This document shows, piece by piece, positions 20,287 to 28,859 of a stretch of 64,000 nucleotides of DNA. Source of the DNA: Desulfobulbaceae bacterium (GTDB lineage Bacteria > Desulfobacterota > Desulfobulbia > Desulfobulbales > Desulfobulbaceae). The stretch is from positions 6,741-70,740 of the forward strand of contig JAFLKR010000041.1 in assembly GCA_019163135.1 (NCBI GenBank), written 5' to 3'. A program made the translations under genes and the position numbers. Position 1 is the stretch's first letter. Every line of letters starts with the position of its first letter. Under the pieces are notes generated by a model. That model was given only the letters and a program-made list of their open reading frames with translations, ran no database searches and had not been told where the DNA came from.

Positions 20287-20910
20287 ATGAGACCAAAAAC
20301 AACCAGAGGCACCTGTGCCCACTGCGGTAAGGAATTCACCAAGGCGGGTATGGGCAAGCATCTGGCAAAATGTTTAATTGACCGGCCTCAGACTGTTCAG
20401 GATAAAAACAAGCCCTGCTTTCATCTGCAGGTCGGGGCAAAAAACGCATCCGCCTACTGGCTGCATCTGCAGGCCAGTGCAGATGCCACCCTGGAAGATC
20501 TCGATGATTTCCTACGCCAGATCTGGGTCGAGTGTTGCGGCCATCTGAGCCTGTTTCATATCGCTGACCATGAGATTGATATGAGCCGGAAGCTCGGGTC
20601 ATGCCTGCAGAAAGGAATGGAAATTGAGTACGACTACGACATGGGTGCCACCACCTCACTGCGCATTACGGTTTTGGGTGGGTATCCGGGACTGGTGACC
20701 AAGAAAAAGCCCATAGAAATTCTGGCGCGCAACCAGCCCCCAGTGATTATTTGTGACGAATGCGGTGAAAACCCCGCCGCCTTGATCTGCCCCGAGTGCG
20801 GCATGCTCTGCACCTCATGCGCGGCAGAGCATGACTGCGGTGATGAGGAATACTTGCTGCCGGTTGTCAACTCGCCGCGGACCGGGGTATGCGCTTATAC
20901 GGGTGAGTAG
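20287..20910 (+). CDS. pRiA4b ORF-3-like (IS1096-passenger TnpR-like) protein with Cys-rich Zn-binding ends
   Basis: CAHCG..HLAKC; TLEDLDDFLRQIWVECCGHLS; YDYDMG; CDECG..CPECG.LCTSC..HDC; NSPRTGVC; AGGAG RBS upstream. Confidence 0.7.
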   Translation: MRPKTTRGTCAHCGKEFTKAGMGKHLAKCLIDRPQTVQDKNKPCFHLQVGAKNASAYWLHLQASADATLEDLDDFLRQIWVECCGHLSLFHIADHEIDMSRKLGSCLQKGMEIEYDYDMGATTSLRITVLGGYPGLVTKKKPIEILARNQPPVIICDECGENPAALICPECGMLCTSCAAEHDCGDEEYLLPVVNSPRTGVCAYTGE

Positions 20911-22193
20911 GAGGACTTAGCCATCCGGCGCAGGGCCAGGAGAAAACGCGAGCGCAATTTTTCGCCGAGCAGGGCCCGTTTGACCGGGGGCAGTTTCAAG
21001 AAGCCACCGACCAGAGCACGCATGAATTCCTGGGTTTGACTTTCAGGATTATCGAAAAGAAAAGTCTGGAAGGTGTCCCGTTCCAAGGCCTGGAGCATAA
21101 CCCGCTCGAAGCTGTCCTCAGGATGAAGGACCTTTTGGGGGCGTTGCTGCAACTTCAAGGCGCCGGTGGGGCATTGGAGCGCGCAGACGCCGCAGCCCAA
21201 ACAGATGGCCCCGATTTGCGCAAACTTAGTAGCGGGTCGGGATTGGCTTCCAGCTCCCCTTATCCCCATCTCGATAGCCGCCACCGGACAAGCCTTGGCA
21301 CACAGGCCGCAACCCGTGCATAAAGTTTCATCCACTGCGGCCAGGTAACTTGAGGTGACCAGGATGCCGGTGTACCCGGTTTCGCGCACCCCCAGCAGCA
21401 GATTGCAGCAGCATCCGCAGCAGTGACAGATGAAGCCCGCGTCCCGGCGAACGTTATCGGTGGACAGGGTGAGGCCCAAATCCCGTGATCGGGCGAGAAT
21501 GTCGCGCATTTGGATCTTGTCGATGGGTTTGGCGAATCCGTTTCTGATCAAAAATTGGGCGCCAGTGCCCATGGAGGTGCAGGTTTCCATAGGGGTGCGG
21601 CAAGGTGCATGCCCAAGGTGATGTTTTTCGTGGCGGCAGGAACACAGCCCAAGCGAAAACTCCGTGTGTTCCTCGATGATAGCCGAGGCTTTTTCATAGT
21701 CCAAAATTTCGACATGCGCCCCCAGGGTTTCTTCATGGGGAAGGGTGCGCATCACCGAGACCTGCTGACCATCGCCGAAATTGGCCAACAAAAAATCCTT
21801 CTCGCCAAACATGTAACCCGTAAAGAGTTCGGCCCAGCGCGCCTGGGGCAGATTCGGACCGGTGCGCATCATGGTGAATTCGAAAAAGCCGATCACCAGC
21901 GGGCTGACCAGGTACTGGTATTCTGTGCCGTTCCAGATATCAAGCACCAGACCCTTCGAGCAAAGGCCTTCGATCAGCGGGCGCAGCGCAGTTTCGGACT
22001 CTCCGGTCATACCGGCGATCCGCGCCAGAGTTGAGGGACGATAGGGCAGACGGCTGACCAATCGAGCCTCGGCCGGCGAGTAGAGCGCCTCCACCAATTC
22101 TCGAAAAATCGGGGTCCAAGGCGTGCGCACTGGAGCCTGATCCAGGCGCTTGCCTAGGTGGCGGTAGATGTCCTTGCTGGCGAGATGTCCCAT
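20895..22193 (-). CDS. Uncharacterised Fe-S protein: wHTH-like N-terminus, CSCR and CHCCGCCC motifs, 2x[4Fe-4S] ferredoxin domain
   Basis: CTGCGLCAKACP and CLGCGVCALQCP; ICHCCGCCC; CSCRH. Confidence 0.85.
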   Translation of the reverse strand: MGHLASKDIYRHLGKRLDQAPVRTPWTPIFRELVEALYSPAEARLVSRLPYRPSTLARIAGMTGESETALRPLIEGLCSKGLVLDIWNGTEYQYLVSPLVIGFFEFTMMRTGPNLPQARWAELFTGYMFGEKDFLLANFGDGQQVSVMRTLPHEETLGAHVEILDYEKASAIIEEHTEFSLGLCSCRHEKHHLGHAPCRTPMETCTSMGTGAQFLIRNGFAKPIDKIQMRDILARSRDLGLTLSTDNVRRDAGFICHCCGCCCNLLLGVRETGYTGILVTSSYLAAVDETLCTGCGLCAKACPVAAIEMGIRGAGSQSRPATKFAQIGAICLGCGVCALQCPTGALKLQQRPQKVLHPEDSFERVMLQALERDTFQTFLFDNPESQTQEFMRALVGGFLKLPPVKRALLGEKLRSRFLLALRRMAKSSYSPV

Positions 22194-22517
22194 GGTGTTC
22201 TGATTGCTCCGGCTTCTTCCCTGGATCGCAAAGAAGGCCCGCTGTACTTTTCCCGGTAAATTTGCGCAGTCGTCAGCGCACCGGTTTTTCGCCCCTCTAT
22301 CCCAGAAGATCTGGCGCAGCTAGCCGCCGTATCTCCCTTCACCCTTCACGTGCCGCCGGCGGGAGGAAAGAAGGACCGACCCAAAAGCCCCCCACCTTTT
22401 GCCCCGTCCTTGGGACTGGCGTCTCTACACTTGCCAGCCCGCCTGGATTGCATCCCTTTTCCGCTGCCGGCTCCCCGACTTCGGCGGGCCGCAGACCTTC
22501 CGAAACCAACTCGCCAC

Positions 22518-23858
22518 TCAAACCCCTGATTTCATACCAAAAAATTCAGGGTAAACGGCCAAGAAAACCAGCACGATCACCTGGATGATAATGAACGGGA
22601 CAACCCCCCGATAGATGTCCACCGTCCTGATCTCCGGCGGGCAGCAGCCTTTAAGGTAGAAGAGCGAAAAGCCAAACGGCGGAGTGAGGAAGGAGGTCTG
22701 CAGGTTCATGGCGATCAAAATGGCAAACCACAGGGGGTCGAGGCCGATAACTTCGGCAACCGGTTTGATGATTGGCACGACGATGTAGGTGATCTCGAAA
22801 AAATCGATAAAAAAGCCGAGGATAAAAATGATCAACATTACCAGAAAGAGAAAGGTCCATTTCTGGCCGGGCAGACCGATCATGATCTCTTCGACGATGC
22901 GGTCGGCGCCACTGTAGAGGAAGACCATCGAGAAGGCGGTGGCGCCGATCAGGATGGCGAAGACCATGGCCGCGACCTTGACGGTTTCGAACGCCGATTC
23001 CTCGACGATCTGCCAGCTCAGTTTGCGGTACATCGCAGCCAGCACCACCGCGCCGACACAGCCGACCGCAGCCGATTCGGTGGGGGTGGCAATCCCGACA
23101 AAAATCGAACCGAGTACCAGCAAAATCAGGACGAACGGTGGAATAATGGCGGTCAGCGCATGGCCGATATTGCCCAAGCGGGTCCCCTCCTGGGGCGGCA
23201 TCGCCGGGGCCACGTCTTTGTTGAGAAAAGCCCAGATGAGAATGAAAATAATATACGCGCCCACCAGACCGAATCCGGGGGCAAAGGCCGCGGCAAAAAG
23301 GTCGCCGACCGGCAGTTGGAAGACGTCGCCGAGGATGACCAGGATCACCGAAGGCGGGATGATCTGTCCCAGGGTGCCGGCAGCGCAGATGGTGCCGGTG
23401 GCCAGCGGTTTGGAGTAGCCATACTTGAGCATGACCGGCAGGGAGATGACCCCCATGGCCACCACCGAGGCCCCGACCACCCCGGTGGAAGCGGCCAGAA
23501 GAGCGCCGACCAGAACGGTACTGACCGCAATACCGCCTCTGACCCGGCCAAACAGGGTGCCCATGGCCTCGAGCAGTCGCTCGGCCAGTTGCGAGCGCTG
23601 GAGCACGATCCCCATAAAAATAAAGAGGGGGATGGCCATCAGAATGGTGTTGTTCATGATCGAATAGACCCTGAAAGGCATCATCGAGAACATCCGCAGG
23701 AATTCATGGGATATCGCCATGTAGCTGATATCCGGCGCCACTGCGATGATGGCGGCAATGATCCCGAAAAAAATCGAGATCGAACCAAAAGTGAAAGCCA
23801 CCGGATAACCGATGCCCAGCATCAGGAGAGCGGCAAAGAACATGACGATACCGGTCAT
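22518..23858 (-). CDS. TRAP transporter large permease (DctM family)
   Basis: AIPLFIFMG, AASTGVVGASV, GTLGQIIPPS, NLQTSFLTPPFG. Confidence 0.93.
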   Translation of the reverse strand: MTGIVMFFAALLMLGIGYPVAFTFGSISIFFGIIAAIIAVAPDISYMAISHEFLRMFSMMPFRVYSIMNNTILMAIPLFIFMGIVLQRSQLAERLLEAMGTLFGRVRGGIAVSTVLVGALLAASTGVVGASVVAMGVISLPVMLKYGYSKPLATGTICAAGTLGQIIPPSVILVILGDVFQLPVGDLFAAAFAPGFGLVGAYIIFILIWAFLNKDVAPAMPPQEGTRLGNIGHALTAIIPPFVLILLVLGSIFVGIATPTESAAVGCVGAVVLAAMYRKLSWQIVEESAFETVKVAAMVFAILIGATAFSMVFLYSGADRIVEEIMIGLPGQKWTFLFLVMLIIFILGFFIDFFEITYIVVPIIKPVAEVIGLDPLWFAILIAMNLQTSFLTPPFGFSLFYLKGCCPPEIRTVDIYRGVVPFIIIQVIVLVFLAVYPEFFGMKSGV

Positions 23859-24400
23859 TTGCTTTCCTCCTCGAGGCGAAGGCATACTTCTTCGGTTTGC
23901 CCGTTTCGCCGGTAGAGATTGATGTTCTGCACCGTATAGCCTATGGCGTTAAAAATCAGGACGGCAAAGGCCAGGGGGATCATCCCCTTGATCACATAGC
24001 GGTAATGCAGGCCGCCCGGATTCTCGGAAATCTCATGGATTTTGTAGGAATCCATCACAAAATCAAAGCTGCCGAACAGAATGAGGCAGGCGAGCGGCAA
24101 GAGGAAGAACACCGTGCCGATAATGTTGATCACCGCTTTTTTCCTGACCGAAAAGCGGTCATAAAGAAAATCGACCCGGACGTGCCCTTCTTCGAGTAGA
24201 GCCACCGATACTCCGAAAAGGATAATGATGGCAAACAGGTGCCATTCCATTTCCTGCATCCCCACGGAACTGTTGTGAAAAAAATAACGCATGACGACAT
24301 CAAAAAAAACGTTCGCGGTCATCAACAGGAAAACGATCGCAAGCCCCCTTCCCAGCAGGCGACTCATCCGTCGAAAAAAATGCTCCAATTGCACTAACAT
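23855..24400 (-). CDS. TRAP transporter small permease (DctQ family)
   Basis: DVVMRYFF, QEMEWHLF, GHVRVDFLY; four hydrophobic helices. Confidence 0.93.
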   Translation of the reverse strand: MLVQLEHFFRRMSRLLGRGLAIVFLLMTANVFFDVVMRYFFHNSSVGMQEMEWHLFAIIILFGVSVALLEEGHVRVDFLYDRFSVRKKAVINIIGTVFFLLPLACLILFGSFDFVMDSYKIHEISENPGGLHYRYVIKGMIPLAFAVLIFNAIGYTVQNINLYRRNGQTEEVCLRLEEESK

Positions 24401-24559
24401 GTTCTCTCCTCCCCCCGGAAGATTTTACCCATCAAATATGCAGAACGCCTTTCGCACCCCGGGCCGTCCGGCCCCTCTCCGCCTGGCGCCCCATCAACAA
24501 AAACGCCGTCCATCTCAAAGCAGGGAGATGGACGGCGAGCAGCCAAACAGCGCGCCTCT

Positions 24560-25636
24560 TTATTTGACGACTTTTTCAGATTCCTGCAGGTAATACTGCT
24601 CGGACATCTTGGTCCATTGCCGGGCCTTTTTCATGAAGGCCATCTGAGAATCCAAGACTTCCTTGAAGAAAGGATCCTTGGCGGCATACTCGCCCAGGAC
24701 CTCGTCGGTCGCCTTCTTCATGGCGGCAAGCACCGGCTCGGGGAAGGTCATCACCTTGATATTGGGGAATTCGGTTTTCATGGTGGACCAGGCCTCGGCG
24801 CTCATCGCGAAATTCTCGAAATGCATGTCGGCGGTGGCGGCCTTGATAGCTGTTTTCAGGGCGGCCTGGTATTCCGGCGGCAGACTGTCAAAAGCCTTTT
24901 TGTTGATCAGGAACTGGAGATCGGTGGCCGGTTCGTGCCAGCCGGCATAGTAGAACGGTGCAATCTTATGGAAGCCCATCTTGATGTCCATCCCCGGACC
25001 AACCCATTCCAAGGCATCGATGGTGCCGCGGTCCAGCGAGGTGTACAGTTCGCCGGGTGCGATATTGGTAACGTTGACCCCGAGTTTGGCAAACACTTCG
25101 CCAGCCACACTCGGAATGCGCATCTTCAGACCTTTCAAATCATCCAGCGACTTGATTTCCTTGCGGAACCAGCCGCCCATCTGAACGCCGGTATTGCCGC
25201 CGGGGAAGGCGTAGACGTCGAATTTGTCATAGCACTTCTGCATCAACGCCATACCGCCGCCGTAATAAAGCCAGGCGTTCTGCTCATCGGCATTCATACC
25301 AAAAGGCACAGTAGTGAAAATCGCGGTGGTGGCGTCCTTGCCTTTCCAGTAGTAGGAGGCGCTATGGCCCATCTCAAACTGGCCGCCCTTGACCATATCG
25401 AGGATTTCAAGCGGGGCCTTATGCTTCTCGGCGCCATCGACCTTGATGACGAAATTGCCGCCGGTCATGTCACTGACCATCTTGGCAACCTGCAGCGGCG
25501 CATTGACAAAGGGCGTCAAGGTGCTGTTCCAGGTCATGGCCATATTCCAGCGGACCTTCTTCTCCGCCGCGAACGTGGGGGCAGCCGCCAGCACACAGGC
25601 GGCCACGGCAAGGGCAAGGGTTCCGACACGCTTCAT
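24560..25636 (-). CDS. TRAP solute-binding protein (DctP; TakP-like, 2-oxoacid/monocarboxylate)
   Basis: Signal peptide; SASYYWKGK, PFGMN, GNTGVQMGGWFRKEI, GLKMRIP, EWVGP. Confidence 0.9.
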   Translation of the reverse strand: MKRVGTLALAVAACVLAAAPTFAAEKKVRWNMAMTWNSTLTPFVNAPLQVAKMVSDMTGGNFVIKVDGAEKHKAPLEILDMVKGGQFEMGHSASYYWKGKDATTAIFTTVPFGMNADEQNAWLYYGGGMALMQKCYDKFDVYAFPGGNTGVQMGGWFRKEIKSLDDLKGLKMRIPSVAGEVFAKLGVNVTNIAPGELYTSLDRGTIDALEWVGPGMDIKMGFHKIAPFYYAGWHEPATDLQFLINKKAFDSLPPEYQAALKTAIKAATADMHFENFAMSAEAWSTMKTEFPNIKVMTFPEPVLAAMKKATDEVLGEYAAKDPFFKEVLDSQMAFMKKARQWTKMSEQYYLQESEKVVK

Positions 25637-25820
25637 ACTTTCCTCCGATAGTTGAAAGAACAAGAGACGTCACACCCCACCGGGGGTGTCAGCCTGGTAA
25701 ACCAGCCCACAGCAGACACTGCGAGCTGGCAGATGATATTTGTTTAATATAAGGGACGAAATTAGGCAACAGATAGAGGCGGATTTTCAGGACGGCAGGA
25801 AAGAAAATAACCATGGTGGG

Positions 25821-27068
25821 CTACCCGGCCGCCGGGGCGCGCTGCTTTGCCCGTCTTCGTCGACCGCCCCCAAAAAACCAGAGGAGCGCGCCCAACTGGC
25901 AGACCAGCAGAAAGGTCAATCCGGTCCGCAATCCGGCGCTGGCGAACTGCCCCTTGGCAACCTCAGGCCACCAGCCGACAATCACACCGATCGCCCATTG
26001 CCCAGCAAAAGCGGCAATAAAGACCAGCAGGTTGACCGCCGTGCTCACCCTGCCAACTAGATGCACAGGAAAACTCTGGGCAAGAGCCGCATAGGCGAGG
26101 ATGCCCGAGGTCCCAAAAAAACCGAAGCCCAACCACAGAACCCTGGCCCATTCGGAGGGCCCGACGATCAGCACCATTTGGATCGCGATGAACAGGGTCA
26201 TACCGGCAATTGCCGAGGTCAGCACTGGGATGCCGACGCGCTGCAACCGCCCGGCCAGGGAGCCGAGCCCGATAAATCCCGCTACCATAGCTACCGCAAT
26301 CCAAAAAAGCATATTCACCACCGCCTCTGGATTAAGCTGAAGAACATCTTTGAGCCAAGGCCCGGCCCAGAGCCCCTGGACCGCAAAAAAGGTCGCCTGG
26401 GAGAGTGCGGTAAGGGGGGCCACCCGCCAGAATTCCGGACTGGTGAACACTTCCCCGATCCCACGCAACTGGTCGCTGAACCGTTCGCCCGCGCCGCTGA
26501 CCCTTTTTTCCGGGACTACCCACAGGACCAGGGCCGCGACCAGCAGGGTGAACATGGCCAGGCCGAAAAAGACGCCGCGCCAGTCAGTCCATCGGAGCAT
26601 CCACTGTACCGGCGTAGTGGCGGCCAAGGCGCCGAGACCACCCGCAGCCATCTGCAGGCCGTTGACCAGCGGCCACTTTTCGGCGGCAAACCACTGGGTA
26701 TAGGCCTTAAAAGCCGCCATCAGGCAGGCCGAAACGCCCAGACCGATCAGGGCCCGACCGAGGATGAGTTGAGCAAGCGAATCGGCCCTTGAAAAGCAGA
26801 ACGCCCCCAAGGCGGCGACGAGCAGCAACAGCGCTTCGATCCGGCGCGGGCCAAAGCGATCGAGAAGGACGCCGAGCGGCAGCTGAAAGGAGGCAAAGGC
26901 AATGAAATAGGTGGCGGTGAGCAGCCCCAGGGAGGAAGAACTTAGACCGAGGTCGCGTAGCAGTGCCGGGGCCAACACGGCATTGACCGTCCGGTAGAGA
27001 AAGGAGAGAAAATAGCCGGCGGCAAAGGGCAAAAAGACACGGAACAAGTTGACGGCCTTTGGGTTCAT
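25821..27068 (-). CDS. MFS transporter
   Basis: GVLLDRFGPRR (MFS motif A), GRALIGLG; about 12 hydrophobic segments. Confidence 0.9.
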   Translation of the reverse strand: MNPKAVNLFRVFLPFAAGYFLSFLYRTVNAVLAPALLRDLGLSSSSLGLLTATYFIAFASFQLPLGVLLDRFGPRRIEALLLLVAALGAFCFSRADSLAQLILGRALIGLGVSACLMAAFKAYTQWFAAEKWPLVNGLQMAAGGLGALAATTPVQWMLRWTDWRGVFFGLAMFTLLVAALVLWVVPEKRVSGAGERFSDQLRGIGEVFTSPEFWRVAPLTALSQATFFAVQGLWAGPWLKDVLQLNPEAVVNMLFWIAVAMVAGFIGLGSLAGRLQRVGIPVLTSAIAGMTLFIAIQMVLIVGPSEWARVLWLGFGFFGTSGILAYAALAQSFPVHLVGRVSTAVNLLVFIAAFAGQWAIGVIVGWWPEVAKGQFASAGLRTGLTFLLVCQLGALLWFFGGGRRRRAKQRAPAAG

Positions 27069-27331
27069 GCGGTTTGCTCTGCAAAGGATCGACGGGAAAC
27101 GCCGCCTGACCCGTAATCGGCACCGGCACCGGCAGCGAAGGGACACCTTCAGCCAATCGAGGGACAAAAGCACAGCGGCAATGCTATTGCTCTTACCCAA
27201 GCGAGAGACGCCGGTCAAGAATATTTCAAGCGCAAATTGTTTGGATACCCCTGTTCGACGCATCGCTGCTCTGCCGGCGACTGGCGGCCCTGGCAACTAT
27301 TTGCTGGATACCCGCTGCCGAGGCCGGTACA

Positions 27332-28270
27332 ATGCCACCGGATATCGATGCCCCCCATAAATCAACTGGGACAGGCCCACGCCCTGACGCTTTCATGCCG
27401 TATCTCCTGCTGATTCTCACCACCCTGTTCTGGTCGGGCAACTTTGTGCTCAGCCGGGGCATGCACGCCGCCATCCCGCCGATGGCGCTCTCCTTCTGGC
27501 GCTGGACTGTGGCGCTGCTCATCCTGCTGGGATTTGCCCATCGGCATCTCTTTGCACAACGCCGTCTGCTCCGCACCCACCACCGGTTCATCCTTATCCA
27601 GGGCCTCCTTGGCGTTACCGGGTTCAACACCTTGCTCTACCTGGCCATGCAGTACACCACTGCCATCAATGCGGTCCTGGTGAATTCCTGCATTCCGGTG
27701 CTGATCGTAGTTTTTTCCTGGCTCCTCTACCGGGAAACCATGCGGGTACGCCAATGCCTGGGCGTGCTGGTGTCGTTGTTGGGGGTGCTCTCCATTATGG
27801 CCAAGGGCGAGGTCGCGACCCTGATGCAGGTTTCGTTCAACCGGGGAGACCTCCTGGTGCTGGCCGCGGCCGTGGTCTGGGCCCTGTATTCGTCCAACCT
27901 CAAACAGTACCCCAAAGACCTCCATCCCCTGGCCTACCTGACCATGATCAATATCACAGGATTGCTGGGCATCTTCCCCTTGTACCTGCTGGAACTCCAC
28001 TGCGGAAAAACCTTTACCTTCAATCCGATGACGGTGGTCACCATTCTCTATGTGGCAGTGTTTGCCTCCGTGCTCGCTTTCATTTTCTGGAACCGGGCGA
28101 TCCGCACCATCGGCGCTATCAAGGCTGGCCCCTTTGTCCATCTCATGCCGGTGTTCAGCACCATCCTGGCGGTGCTGTTTTTAGGCGAGACCCTGGCCTG
28201 GTATCATGCTCAAGGGGTATTGTTGATTTTCGCCGGGATTATCATGACCACCTGGCGTATCAAAGCTTAA
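27332..28270 (+). CDS. DMT/EamA family transporter
   Basis: FWSGNF, FWRW, two EamA repeats, about 10 hydrophobic segments. Confidence 0.9.
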   Translation: MPPDIDAPHKSTGTGPRPDAFMPYLLLILTTLFWSGNFVLSRGMHAAIPPMALSFWRWTVALLILLGFAHRHLFAQRRLLRTHHRFILIQGLLGVTGFNTLLYLAMQYTTAINAVLVNSCIPVLIVVFSWLLYRETMRVRQCLGVLVSLLGVLSIMAKGEVATLMQVSFNRGDLLVLAAAVVWALYSSNLKQYPKDLHPLAYLTMINITGLLGIFPLYLLELHCGKTFTFNPMTVVTILYVAVFASVLAFIFWNRAIRTIGAIKAGPFVHLMPVFSTILAVLFLGETLAWYHAQGVLLIFAGIIMTTWRIKA

Positions 28271-28586
28271 GATTTCCCCCTGAGGTTCCAGAGGATTACT
28301 GATCCAATTTTTGCCGTACATCAGCTGCAATCCACCCAAGCCTCCCGGCCGTAGCGGACCAGCCTTGAACACCCACCCAAAAAGTCGCCCCCGCCTGACC
28401 GTAGTTATTCGTACAAGGGCAAGCTACCGGTCACGGATACACTTTTTTCCCAGCTGCGACACTTGCTTTGTAGCAACTCCGACAGCCTGGCCCTTGCCTC
28501 GATCCGCACGATCTAACCCATTGAGGTTCCGGCGATGACCTCACCTGTTCTCTATCCGGCCTGTATTATCACCACTTAAAAAACGC

Positions 28587-28615
28587 TTTACTTTACCTTT
28601 GTTTTACAGTATTAA
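28587..28615 (+). promoter_or_regulatory. Putative sigma70 promoter upstream of the fusA leader
   Basis: TTTACT-N17-TATTAA in an AT-rich tract. Confidence 0.45.
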
Positions 28616-28743
28616 AAAAGTTTTATTCAAAAAATAGCTCAGCGATCCACTGAATGTCCGTGGACAGAGATGCGGTTAAATGTTTTTTTTGAGTGATCGA
28701 GGATTTTCCCCACCTTGGCCGGCACCACCAACGCATTGAGCAT

Positions 28744-28776
28744 GGAGTTGCAGAACCAACTGTAACTCCTTTTTTT
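28744..28776 (+). terminator. Intrinsic terminator about 80 nt upstream of fusA
   Basis: GGAGTTGCAG-AACCAA-CTGTAACTCC (10 bp, one G-U) followed by T7. Confidence 0.75.
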
Positions 28777-28859
28777 ATTTATATACTGTTTACGGCATCC
28801 ACCAAGTTACCCCCATAAAAGAAATAAGCGACCTGTAAGCGGCAATTGAGGAACGCGTG

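Noticed and set aside
22200-22517. GC-rich 320-nt spacer upstream of the Fe-S gene, examined for c-di-GMP and other riboswitches
   Set aside because: No complete motif set found by eye.
28300-28550. Minus-strand RGKGQ segment suggesting a GNAT remnant, and GGCGATGACCTCACC resembling a fluoride riboswitch start
   Set aside because: Flanking motifs are absent in both cases.
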